From contig JBEPZY010000006.1 of assembly GCA_041640595.1 (NCBI GenBank), positions 32,001 through 96,000 on the forward strand: 64,000 nt of DNA, given 5' to 3'. Below the pieces are notes generated by a model. It worked only from the letters and a program-made list of their open reading frames with translations, ran no database searches and was not told the origin of the DNA. Positions 8,866-18,448 of this stretch are shown here, one piece after another. The number at the start of each line of letters is the position of its first letter. Positions within the stretch are counted from its first letter, which is position 1. The DNA comes from Gemmatales bacterium (GTDB taxonomy: Bacteria; Planctomycetota; Planctomycetia; Gemmatales; HRBIN36). The translations under genes and the position numbers were made by a program.

Positions 8866-9336
8866 GTGAACGCAACCCAGACTGTATTGTCAGCCGAAAC
8901 CGCCGGAAAAGCATTAGCAGAATTACCCACCGATCGCCCGGTGGTCATATACGACGGTCAATGTCCACTGTGCCTGCGCAGTGTTGCTGTTTTGAAACGG
9001 CTGGATGTGTTTGGCCGGCTGGCCTATCACGATGCCCGACAACCTTTCGCTGTTCCTCTGACCTCACCGGCACTCGACCCGGACAAGTTACTGGTGCAGA
9101 TGCACGTGGTCACGCCGGGAACGACACGGCGGCGTTGTTACGGAGGTTTCTACGCCTTCCGCACCTTAGCCTGGTATTTGCCGGCTTGCTGGCCAATCCT
9201 TCCACTGCTTTACTTACCGGGAGCCGCCTGGGTCGGGGAAAGAATCTATGCCTGGATTGCCCGCAATCGCTTTCGGCTCCTGCCATGCCGCGGGAAAGTT
9301 TGCCGATTATCACCACCGCACCATGGGCAAGCATAA
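8866..9336 (+). CDS. DCC1-like (DUF393) thiol-disulfide oxidoreductase family protein
   Basis: VVIYDGQCPLC (DxxCxxC) and YAWIARNRFR motifs. Confidence 0.9.
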   Translation: MNATQTVLSAETAGKALAELPTDRPVVIYDGQCPLCLRSVAVLKRLDVFGRLAYHDARQPFAVPLTSPALDPDKLLVQMHVVTPGTTRRRCYGGFYAFRTLAWYLPACWPILPLLYLPGAAWVGERIYAWIARNRFRLLPCRGKVCRLSPPHHGQA

Positions 9337-9419
9337 ACCCCGATGCAGCCCACGCCGTCGGTTTCCCAATTCCACCATGACCTGGCCAATTCCTGGTAAT
9401 GCCGTCGAGGAGGCCAACC

Positions 9420-10304
9420 ATGTCTGTCCCGGTGCTGGCGCCGGTCTTGGATCGCGAGGAATATGTCGAACAAGCCTACTTCTTCCGCACCTTTGCCGAG
9501 CGCCTGCGCGAAGGTGTCCCCGCACAAATCGCCCTGACGCAAATCCGCGATGAATTGCTGACCACAACGAAATTGCCCCTCGCCCTCGATTACCTGGCCA
9601 CGGAACTGAAACACTCCGGCTTATTAGGAGTCGGAATGAAGCGCTTGCCGCACTATTTCACGCCTTTCCAGGCCTTTGTCGTGTGTAAGGCGGAAGAGGA
9701 AGGCCTGCGCTTCAGCTTCGACCACGCCCTCAAAGTGCTCGAAGGAGAAGCGCGTTATCGCTCGGAAAAACCGACGCCAGCCGGGCTCTTTGTGTACGAG
9801 TTTGAAGTGTTGGCCCGCTGCCAGCTCGGTTATCAGGAGGGCCTCGATTGCATGGAGCAGGACAGTTTCTTCAACGAGGATTGGCGACGGTTCTTCGAAA
9901 CCCTGCGGCGAAGCATGGGTGAAGTCGAGTTCGCCGACCTGATTTATCTGCATTCCGAACAGTACATCCAGGACCAGCAGCGGCTGGGTCGTGAGGGCCC
10001 CTGGCCAACTCCCCTTTTCGGTCTCAAAGAAGGCCGCATCGCCAAAGCCAGTCACGGACGCGATCCGCTCTATCTGTTTGCGGCATTACAACGTCAGCTC
10101 GGCTATCCCGAGGTGCCACGGTTGCGGCCAGCAGCGGAAGAGCGCGGTGTGTTACAAATGCTGGAAAACAAAATCCGTGAGCTGGAGATGCGACTCCGCT
10201 TGCTGGAAGGAGAAGTCCGCGGCCAGATTGACGTAATCCAAAGCCTCGGCCAACCGGAAATCGCCGAACCGCCTCCCAACCCCCTCCACCAGCCGGAAGA
10301 ATAG
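9420..10304 (+). CDS. Conserved hypothetical protein (planctomycete-type)
   Basis: GAGGAGG RBS before ATG 9420; long ORF (LDREEYVEQAYFFR...) with a C-terminal coiled coil. Confidence 0.8.
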   Translation: MSVPVLAPVLDREEYVEQAYFFRTFAERLREGVPAQIALTQIRDELLTTTKLPLALDYLATELKHSGLLGVGMKRLPHYFTPFQAFVVCKAEEEGLRFSFDHALKVLEGEARYRSEKPTPAGLFVYEFEVLARCQLGYQEGLDCMEQDSFFNEDWRRFFETLRRSMGEVEFADLIYLHSEQYIQDQQRLGREGPWPTPLFGLKEGRIAKASHGRDPLYLFAALQRQLGYPEVPRLRPAAEERGVLQMLENKIRELEMRLRLLEGEVRGQIDVIQSLGQPEIAEPPPNPLHQPEE

Positions 10305-10499
10305 CCAGAGCCGGCAGCAACACGCCTAGGACATCGCATCATGAGCCAAACTTCCTGCAAAAACCAGGCCTTGAAACAAGCTCAACAAAATCTCTATCCT
10401 TGTGCTAAACAAACCCACGGGCACCAAAATCGCTTCGTAGAAGAACCCAGTAAACCGGTTCCAGAAACCGCGCCCAAAGCGCTTGAGTTTATCCCACCA

Positions 10500-10653
10500 C
10501 GGCGATCCCGTGAGGTCGACATAGGTGGCTTATTGAGCACATACTTGCCTTGTACACGTTCGTATCGCCGGCGGTAAGCGACAGCCGGTCCTCGCGCAGG
10601 AAGCGACCCGCTTGCGGATCGTACCAGCGGGCACGGTAGTAATACAGGTTCTG
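10500..10653 (-). pseudogene. RHS repeat-associated core remnant (frameshifted)
   Basis: QNLYYYRARWYDPQAGRFLREDRLSLTAGDTNVY, then YVLNKP and YVDLTG in shifted frames. Confidence 0.85.
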
Positions 10654-10993
10654 CCGGCACGCTAATAATACAGACTTAGGGCGGCGTCGAGTTCGCGGGC
10701 GGTGAACCTGAACCGGTCGCCCGCTGGTGGACTTGGTTCGTTCAACAGAGCGAGAAAACTGGCGTAGCCTAGACCACCGCTTAGCTACTGCTTTCATACA
10801 TCACAGATACGCGGTGAACGGGATGCAGACTCAGCTAACGGCGCACCGTGGGTCGTGTCATCTTCTTGAAATTGGTTCCTCACACCCCTAGCCTAGACGT
10901 GATTCGCCTAAGCATCTATGCAAATCAGTCCGTTATTACCCGACCGGTGATGCCGAGCATTCTTTTGGCATAGAAGACCAGCAAGCCACTGCC

Positions 10994-11311
10994 CTAGGCT
11001 CCGCCGGACCGTGTGCTTTGGATTTCCTCATATAATCGGAGGCCGCAGTGGATGCATCTTCCAGCCACCGTGTTAACATAGCACCATGTGCCATGCAGAG
11101 GCCTGCCACACCGTGGGCAAGGGAAATAAACCCAGCGCAGATTCAGCACTCCCCAAACCATGCATATAGCAATGAACAGTGCACCGGATGCCCAGAAAGG
11201 AAGCTCCAGCCAAGCCGAGACAAACATTAGACCGAACAGCATAGGTATCATAATTACAAACCAAATACGAGCAGCACGTCTTCGCCTTCGATAAACGTTC
11301 CACTCTTTCAT
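10994..11311 (-). CDS. Small 2-TM protein with a C-terminal zinc-ribbon-like motif; probable immunity protein
   Basis: GGAG RBS; two hydrophobic helices; CPRC...CIHC; lies downstream of an RHS toxin tip. Confidence 0.65.
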   Translation of the reverse strand: MKEWNVYRRRRRAARIWFVIMIPMLFGLMFVSAWLELPFWASGALFIAICMVWGVLNLRWVYFPCPRCGRPLHGTWCYVNTVAGRCIHCGLRLYEEIQSTRSGGA

Positions 11312-11436
11312 AGTAGCCAGTCTCCGTGAAGCCGAGCATTTTCTTTATACACACTGTCGGGGTACATTCCACAGTCAGAAACAACCTCACTACTGCTTGT
11401 GACTATCTCCGCCATTGACCAACAGTCTACGCTAGC

Positions 11437-11946
11437 TCAGAACCATTGCCACACCCAGGTTCTTAAGTCCCCCACATGTATCCCGCCACCTACAGTGAAC
11501 GGACTGGGAAGTGTTATGCTGAAACCTTCATACGGTGGAGGAGCCTGCCGGGGCGGCTGTGGATCTTCGATGAGATAGTCAAACCCGCAATACCGAGAAC
11601 TGAAACCTATGTACGTGGTCCAGCCGGAGAGGTCTGCAACAGATTCAGCAGTAGTGACGGTCACATATGGGGATACGCCTCCTCCGAGCCCTACTCCAAA
11701 CTGCGCGCCTCCGGTGAATGTCATGCCGCCACTAAAGCCTTTTTGCCAACTCCAACCGAACGTTATGTCTACATTCACCTGAAAATGCAATATACCCAGG
11801 TATAACTCTCCACTAACGCCCAATCCGATCGTAAGTAGCCCCGAAGGGTCTCTTAATACAACCGGATTATTGAACACATAGCGGTACAAATTCGTATCGC
11901 CGGCGGTGAACGACAGCGGGTTCTCGCGGAGCAAGCGACCCTGCTG
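11437..11946 (-). pseudogene. Orphan RHS core end plus C-terminal toxin tip
   Basis: GRLLRENPLSFTAGDTNLYRYVFNNPVVLRDPSGL (PxxxxDPxG boundary) followed by a tip of about 130 aa; no RHS body upstream. Confidence 0.85.
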
Positions 11947-12121
11947 CTCATGAAACTATAACAAGCAGCCGACTAGCGGATGCCACTTTGGTATGCGACG
12001 CGACTGCGGAGCGCAGGCCTATTGTCATGCATGTTCCGTTTTATGCTTAGGCCCGCCATCGCGTGAGTTATGGCATTTCGCCACTTTTTCGCTCTATTTC
12101 CATGTATGTTTTGTCGTATGG

Positions 12122-12337
12122 TTACGCACCTAGTCTTGCACGATATGCCGCTTCACTAAGCGCTGCAGCTAGTTTCTCCGCATCCTCAGGACGCAGGTCC
12201 ACTTCAATGTCATTGATTCCGAGAACGTTCAGCACTAGCCTGACGTACTTGCCCTCGATAAGGTAAACCCCAATATAGAGCTCCTGGCCTTCTAATTGGT
12301 CGGTGGTCGTATGCGACCAAAAGGGTTGTATACTCAT
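12122..12337 (-). CDS. Small hypothetical protein; probable immunity protein
   Basis: AAGGAG RBS; 71 aa, acidic; immediately follows a toxin-tip remnant. Confidence 0.65.
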   Translation of the reverse strand: MSIQPFWSHTTTDQLEGQELYIGVYLIEGKYVRLVLNVLGINDIEVDLRPEDAEKLAAALSEAAYRARLGA

Positions 12338-12358
12338 ATCAATCTCCTTGTGGAAGGC

Positions 12359-12893
12359 TCACTTCTGGAAACCCGGCATCGGGTCTCCGGGGACGAATGT
12401 GTCGCGCCTAACTCCGTGATAGTGTATATGCCAATGCGGATCCCTATGCTTTGGCGGGCTGTCGTATCATAAGGATGGGCTTCAAATGTGATTGTTATTC
12501 TATCAGAAGGCTGCCAGACGACCTTATTTCTGCCGGGGGTCACGGGGCTGTCGGGAATGCGCTTACCTTCGATGCCTAACAATCTGTCCATCTCCTCTGG
12601 CGTGCTGGGCCAAACTGTCCGCTGCGTCGGGATTCCTGGTCCGCTACGGGTAAGAACGCGGCGAATGCACCGACCAGCATAGCGACCAGCGTACACAAGG
12701 GCAACAGCCCGCCGTAAGGGCCGATGACTTCTCCCAGTGGTTCCGGGTCGCCGGTAACAATAGCCACCTTGATTTTCTCGTTGGGGCCGGGCAGGCCGAA
12801 CAGCACCTCGTCGAAACTGATGTGCGTTACGATTCGGATAAAGCCAGCTTCGTCGCCGGCGGTTAAGGAGAGTGGGTCTTGGCTGAACGGACG
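12359..12893 (-). pseudogene. Frameshifted RHS core remnant plus His-rich toxin tip
   Basis: FSQDPLSLTAGD core remnant; WPSTPEEMDRLLG...FEAHPYD, then HRDPHWHIH...GDPMPGFQK* in a shifted frame. Confidence 0.7.
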
Positions 12894-13357
12894 ATTGAAC
12901 CGCGGGCGGCTACTGTGTTCGACTCAGTTGCATACGGTTTTATAAAAAGCGAATAAGCGGGAGAGTGTGCTACCGAGCCAGGCAACACTAGACAGTGAAG
13001 GCGGCGCCGCTCGGTGATTTCGGTTGATCGATACTTAGGGCTAGCGCTGTTTGCCGGCAGCTGGGACTCATTACAGCAAAAGAGCCGAGAGTTAATCGCT
13101 GGAGCTTGACCTAAGCTACTCATCTATCGGTGAATGAAAGCAGTGTTCTGCACTAATCTAAACGCTGATTCGACAATCGCAGGGTTGAACGCTCGCTGAC
13201 TAACACCGATGTTCTGCACTAAGCTCAATACCAACGTGCCACCTTGCGTACGCTCTGACCTGCCCAACGTGTTTTGGTAACTTGCTGGGGTTTATAGAAC
13301 TTATACGGGCTGAGTACCGGTTGGCCGCTTGTAAGAGCTAAGCTTTCTGTCGAGCGG

Positions 13358-15121
13358 CTACGGTAGGGTTTGTACCAGTTCCTCGGCGAGTTGGTTGGTG
13401 AGGGGGTCGTCGTTGTCGCGGAGGGCCTGGAGGTTGCGTCGCACTCGCCGCGAAGCCTGGGCCAGGAACAACTGGCCGCGCTTCATTAGACTCGCAGCCG
13501 TCGTATCCCTATTTCGCTCAAGCAGCGTATCCAATCGGCTCAGGACACAGGAAGCCAGATACAGATCCGTCGCGGCATCAGCCAGTCGTTTCTGGATATG
13601 CTGTTTCTCGACAATCTCCTCACGATATTGCAGCAGGACCGATTCCACTGCTTTGCCAAAAGTGGCAATATCGCTGGCCAAGCGTGTCGCGGCCTCGGCT
13701 AATTCGGCATGGCGAATCGGGATGTGCGGAGGGCTGAAGTAAATGCGGCGACCGGCAAAGCGAAGTAAGGCTTGCCATTGCTCCCATGGTCGCCACAACG
13801 CTTCGGAAAGCAACCGCAATTGTTGGCCGACCTCGCGCAAACCCACCAGCGCGACAAACGCCCGCAGTACATCATTAGCCCCTTCGCCGATCAGGTTGAT
13901 GCGAGCATCGCGCATCATGCGTTCGTAAGGTTCGTCGCTGAAGTAAGCCTGGCCGCCGAAAATCTGAATTGTGTCGTTGACGATTCGCCACAACGCTTCC
14001 GAAGCGAATACCTTGACCATGGCGGTTTCGAGCATGTAATCGCCGGTCTGGGCATCGAGTAACGAAGCGGCGTGTTGCGTGGCTGATTCCATAGCGAAAA
14101 TGTCGGCGGCCATCCGGGCGAGCTTTTCCTTGACCATTTCGAACCCGGCCAGCGGTTGGCCAAACTGATAGCGGGTAGCCGCATGCCGAACCGCCGCCTG
14201 CAAGCAAACCTTAGCGGCTCCCGTACAAGTCGCTCCGAACGTGATCCGACCGTAATCCAGGGCCGTTAGCGCTAGTTTCAATCCTTCGCCAAGTTTGCCG
14301 AGCACATTCGCCGCGGGCACGGGCATGTGATGGAAAGCAAGCCGGCTGGTAACGGTGCCGCGAATGCCACACTTTGGCATCCGTGCCTCCACGATTTCAA
14401 AGCCGGGCAAGTCGGGGGTAACCAGAAAGGCCGTTACGTGAGTACCTTCACGTCCTGGCACAGGTGCCCGCGCCAGCACAGTGAGCACACCAGCGATGGA
14501 ACCGTTGGTGATATAGCGTTTCTCGCCATCGAGATAATAGACCTGCCCATCCGGGGAAGGCGTGGCCATGGTCTGAACGGCGGCAGCATCCGAACCGGCG
14601 TTGGGTTCGGTGAGGGCGAATGCAGCCAGGATTTCGCCGCGAGCCAGGGGTGGCAGCCAGCGCTGCTTCTGTTCATCCGTCCCGGCCAGCAAGATGACCC
14701 GCAGACCAATACTGTGATGGGCGTTAAGCATGACGGCGATGCTGGCATCCACACTGCCCACTGCCTCCATCACCTGACACGCCGCCGATTGCGATAATCC
14801 CAAACCGCCAAACTCACGCGGCACGGTCAGGCCGAACATGCCCAATCGGGCCAATCCGCGCATCACGGATGCCGGGATGTCCGCCAGACGGTCAATTTCG
14901 AACGGATCGATCTCCGCGTCGGAAAAAGCGCGAAACTCGTGCACCAGGTTCTGCACAGCCTGTTGCTCCGCCGGTGGCAATTCCGGCCACGGAAACATCA
15001 AATCCGAGCGAAACCGGCCAAAAAATAGGCTTCGGGCAAATCCTAACCGCCGCGCTTCCAAACCCAGCACTTCCTCGGCCTGACGAATTTTCGCACGGCG
15101 TTCCTCGGTTTGAACAGCCAT
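13358..15121 (-). CDS. Acyl-CoA dehydrogenase (long, ACAD9/VLCAD-like)
   Basis: AFALTEPNAGSDA, GEKRYITNG, IQIFGG, RDARINLIGEGANDVLR, C-terminal extension. Confidence 0.95.
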   Translation of the reverse strand: MAVQTEERRAKIRQAEEVLGLEARRLGFARSLFFGRFRSDLMFPWPELPPAEQQAVQNLVHEFRAFSDAEIDPFEIDRLADIPASVMRGLARLGMFGLTVPREFGGLGLSQSAACQVMEAVGSVDASIAVMLNAHHSIGLRVILLAGTDEQKQRWLPPLARGEILAAFALTEPNAGSDAAAVQTMATPSPDGQVYYLDGEKRYITNGSIAGVLTVLARAPVPGREGTHVTAFLVTPDLPGFEIVEARMPKCGIRGTVTSRLAFHHMPVPAANVLGKLGEGLKLALTALDYGRITFGATCTGAAKVCLQAAVRHAATRYQFGQPLAGFEMVKEKLARMAADIFAMESATQHAASLLDAQTGDYMLETAMVKVFASEALWRIVNDTIQIFGGQAYFSDEPYERMMRDARINLIGEGANDVLRAFVALVGLREVGQQLRLLSEALWRPWEQWQALLRFAGRRIYFSPPHIPIRHAELAEAATRLASDIATFGKAVESVLLQYREEIVEKQHIQKRLADAATDLYLASCVLSRLDTLLERNRDTTAASLMKRGQLFLAQASRRVRRNLQALRDNDDPLTNQLAEELVQTLP

Positions 15122-15369
15122 AGCACGCTTCTCCGCTCCCGTCGGTTCCCGTTTCAGCTCAGCAAGGCACGTAACCCATCGTTTCCTGGAAGTGTCATTG
15201 TCAACGAAGCCCGATGCTCTTGCCTCCTATGCCATTTTACGCTGTCCGTGCAAGTGCAAATTATCCCCGGCTGGACAGGAAAATCGGCCAGACTGTCGCG
15301 GTGATTGTTAGCGTTCTAAAATGGAGATGCACCGCACGATCCAGTACTTCCTCTAAGAAGAGTCCACGG

Positions 15370-16029
15370 ATGCGGATAGTCCTTTTAGGCCCACCGGGCA
15401 GTGGCAAGGGAACGCAAGCTGAGTGGTTGCACGAGCGCTTCGGATGGTCGCATATCGCTACCGGCGACATCCTGCGGGAAGCGGTACGTCTCGGCACACC
15501 GCTGGGCCAGGCAGTCCGGCCGTACATGGAACAGGGGCTTTACGTGCCGGATGAGCTGGTCAACAGCGTGGTGGCGGAGCGCTTTCGCCGGCCTGACCGA
15601 CCGGAACATTTTGTTCTGGACGGCTATCCCCGCACACGGGTTCAGGCCGAGGCACTCGACGCCGTGCTGGCTGAGATCGGCTTGCCTCTGAATTGGGCCA
15701 TCTGGCTGGACGTTCCTGACGAGGAAATCGTCCGCCGCATCAGTGGCCGACGCAGTTGCCCGAAGTGCGCCGCTATTTACCATCTGCTAAGTCGGCCACC
15801 TCAGCGCGACGAGCTTTGCGACCGTTGCGGCACGCCGCTGGTTCAGCGGTCAGATGACCGTGAGGAGGCGGTCCGCGAACGTTTGCGAGTCTATCACGCG
15901 ACGCTACCGGCCGTGGCAAGCCATTACCGCCAGCAGAACAAACTCCTAGAAATTAGTGGCCTGGGTGAGCCTCAGGAAGTGACTCGCCGAATTTGCCACG
16001 CCCTGCGGTTATGTCCGACTGATTCCTAA
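15370..16029 (+). CDS. adk: Adenylate kinase (zinc-lid type)
   Basis: LLGPPGSGKGTQ, LDGYPRT, CPKC...CDRC lid. Confidence 0.97.
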   Translation: MRIVLLGPPGSGKGTQAEWLHERFGWSHIATGDILREAVRLGTPLGQAVRPYMEQGLYVPDELVNSVVAERFRRPDRPEHFVLDGYPRTRVQAEALDAVLAEIGLPLNWAIWLDVPDEEIVRRISGRRSCPKCAAIYHLLSRPPQRDELCDRCGTPLVQRSDDREEAVRERLRVYHATLPAVASHYRQQNKLLEISGLGEPQEVTRRICHALRLCPTDS

Positions 16030-16066
16030 GTGGCCATGCTCAGTCCTACCGGATGGGAATTCACCT

Positions 16067-16855
16067 ATGCTCAAGAAAGTGCAGCAACAGAAAATCGAAT
16101 ATAAACGGCCGGAAGACATCGCCAAAATGCGGGAGGCGGGCAAAATCGTAGCCGCCGCTCTGCGTCTGGCACGCGAGATGGCCCGGCCTGGCGTTCGCAC
16201 TCTGGATATTGACCAGGCCGTCGAAGAGTTCTACCGCCAGCAGGGGGTCGAACCGCTTTTCAAAGGGCATCCAGGGCGGGTACCGTTTCCGGCCTGCTGC
16301 TGTATTACCGTCAATGAACAGGTGGTACACGGCATTCCCGGCCCCCGTGTCTTACGGGAAGGAGACTTGCTGAAGATAGATACCGCTTGCAAAAAAGACG
16401 GTTGGTGTGCGGATGCCGCCATCAGCATTATCGTCGGGGAAGGTAGTCCCGCCATTCGCCGACTCGTTCAGGTGGCTCAGGAAACCCTGGAACTGGCGAT
16501 CCGGGAAATGGGCCGGCGTCAGTGGTGGTCGGAAGTGGCCGCGCTGATGGAAAAGTACGTCAAGGAACACGGGTACTCGGTCGTCGAGAAATACGTTGGC
16601 CACGGCATCGGGCGTACTATGCACGAACCGCCTCAGGTTCCCAATTACACCAACTGGGAGCTTCGCCGCTCGGATTGGCGATTAGAGCCCGGTATTGTGG
16701 TAGCCGTCGAACCGATGGTGAATATGGGGCATAAAGACGTGGTTACTCTCCCCGACAAATGGACGATCGTGACCCGCGACCGTTTGCCCAGCGCTCACGT
16801 CGAGCATACCGTCGCCATCACCGAACACGGTGTCGAAGTGCTGACCCGCGATTAA
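16067..16855 (+). CDS. map: Type I methionyl aminopeptidase
   Basis: VVHGIP, GHGIGRTMHEPP, EPMVN, SAHVEHT. Confidence 0.97.
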   Translation: MLKKVQQQKIEYKRPEDIAKMREAGKIVAAALRLAREMARPGVRTLDIDQAVEEFYRQQGVEPLFKGHPGRVPFPACCCITVNEQVVHGIPGPRVLREGDLLKIDTACKKDGWCADAAISIIVGEGSPAIRRLVQVAQETLELAIREMGRRQWWSEVAALMEKYVKEHGYSVVEKYVGHGIGRTMHEPPQVPNYTNWELRRSDWRLEPGIVVAVEPMVNMGHKDVVTLPDKWTIVTRDRLPSAHVEHTVAITEHGVEVLTRD

Positions 16856-16856
16856 C

Positions 16857-18428
16857 TCAGCTTCCCTGGGGTGTGCAAAGTTCCCTGAATGAGTCCAAAC
16901 ATTCGCGCAATTGCTCCAGCTGGCGCTGCAAATCCTTCCGCCACTTTTCCAGGCGGTCTAGAATGTTTTTGCTGTTGTTGTGGATGGTCTGGGTCCAGGT
17001 CTGGAGTTGATCCAGCACCTGCAAGCCTTTCTCGATAGCTTCGATGGATTTCTCCATTTTGCCGATGTCCGCCTCTGCACTGGAACGCTGCCGCGCCTCG
17101 CGGACACACAAAGCCTCGGCAACCAGGATAGCGGCATCCAGATAAACGTTTGTGTACGGGTCGTCGCTATCCCAGACGGTGACCAGATAGTTATTGCCCC
17201 ACCGAAACAGTGGAACCAAGTTAGCAGGAGCCACTTTCCTGGAAAAAACGAAGATACCGATTTGTGCCTCGCGGTTTTCACAGGCTTCAGCGATTTCCTT
17301 CAACGCCTTTTGCAGGGTGTATCCTTCCTCTTCCTTGGCTTCGATAACGATACGCGCTCCTTCGGCAGCAGAGGTTTCGCCCAGCGTAATCACAATATCG
17401 CCGACCTTGGAGCGTGGCTTTTTGCCCGGCGTGTCCCCGACAAACTCCACCAGATGCTGCCGCGGTGTTAAAAGACGCTTCAAATGATCCGCGAGGACAT
17501 CCTGGAATTCGATACCGTGGGCCACCGACTTTTGCATTTCCTCGCGGCGCGCTTGCAATTTCGCCAGTTCCTCGCGAACTTTCGCGTGAAACTCCTGCTG
17601 CTGACGTTGCGACTTCTCCAGCAACTCGACCAGCTCCTTACGGGATTCGGCCAGACGGTTGATCAATTCCTGGCGTAACCGCGACAATGCAGAGTCGCCC
17701 TTATCGAGGGAGAATTCCGCAGTGATTTTCTTTTGTGCCTCCTCAACATTGCGAACCAGGCGACTCAATGCGGAATCCGGCCGATCCAGCGAAAATTCTT
17801 CAAAGACCCGTGCCATTTTGGTCTGCAAGTCACCTGAAACCTGGTCATGGTGTTCCCGCAATTGTTGCAGGAACCGACACAGTGCACCGTCGGAATTATC
17901 CAGCGAGAATTGCCGCAGCAACTGTTCTCGTTGCTCGATGAGTTTCTCTTCCAGAAACGCGAAAAACCCGGATCGCTGCTGGGGAGAAAGGTATTGCATC
18001 AGCGGGCTATTTTCCCCTACATGAGCCAGCAAGGTTTTGGACATCTCGGAATCTTCCTTGCCGATATAACGTCGGAGAAATCCCTCCAGTTCGCCCCCAT
18101 TCCCGAGCAAACGCTGAATCCGTTCCGGCAGCTTGCCGCTATTGGGATCGAAATACTCGCGCAAGGCGCTTTCCAGCCGATTTTGCAATTCCCGTTGATG
18201 CGTATCGAGGACCTGCTCCAGACTCTCCAGCAGACGATTGGCTTCATTACGCAAACCCTGAATATCCAGGTCGCCGCGAGCCTGTTTCAGGGCGAGAATA
18301 CCAATGCGTAACGCTGTACGGGCCAACTCGTCGCGTTCCTGACCCTCGGGGAGCCTGGTCAGTTCCTCAATCACTTCCGCGTCCCAGATTTCTAACTCCA
18401 GGCGCAGTGGACTCACGGCGGCAATCAT
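16857..18428 (-). CDS. Coiled-coil protein with a C-terminal PD-(D/E)XK-like domain
   Basis: 523 aa; heptad-rich; GIEFQD...GDIVI...IVIEAKE motif. Confidence 0.7.
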   Translation of the reverse strand: MIAAVSPLRLELEIWDAEVIEELTRLPEGQERDELARTALRIGILALKQARGDLDIQGLRNEANRLLESLEQVLDTHQRELQNRLESALREYFDPNSGKLPERIQRLLGNGGELEGFLRRYIGKEDSEMSKTLLAHVGENSPLMQYLSPQQRSGFFAFLEEKLIEQREQLLRQFSLDNSDGALCRFLQQLREHHDQVSGDLQTKMARVFEEFSLDRPDSALSRLVRNVEEAQKKITAEFSLDKGDSALSRLRQELINRLAESRKELVELLEKSQRQQQEFHAKVREELAKLQARREEMQKSVAHGIEFQDVLADHLKRLLTPRQHLVEFVGDTPGKKPRSKVGDIVITLGETSAAEGARIVIEAKEEEGYTLQKALKEIAEACENREAQIGIFVFSRKVAPANLVPLFRWGNNYLVTVWDSDDPYTNVYLDAAILVAEALCVREARQRSSAEADIGKMEKSIEAIEKGLQVLDQLQTWTQTIHNNSKNILDRLEKWRKDLQRQLEQLRECLDSFRELCTPQGS

Positions 18429-18448
18429 AGAGCGCTCCAGTTACCAGT

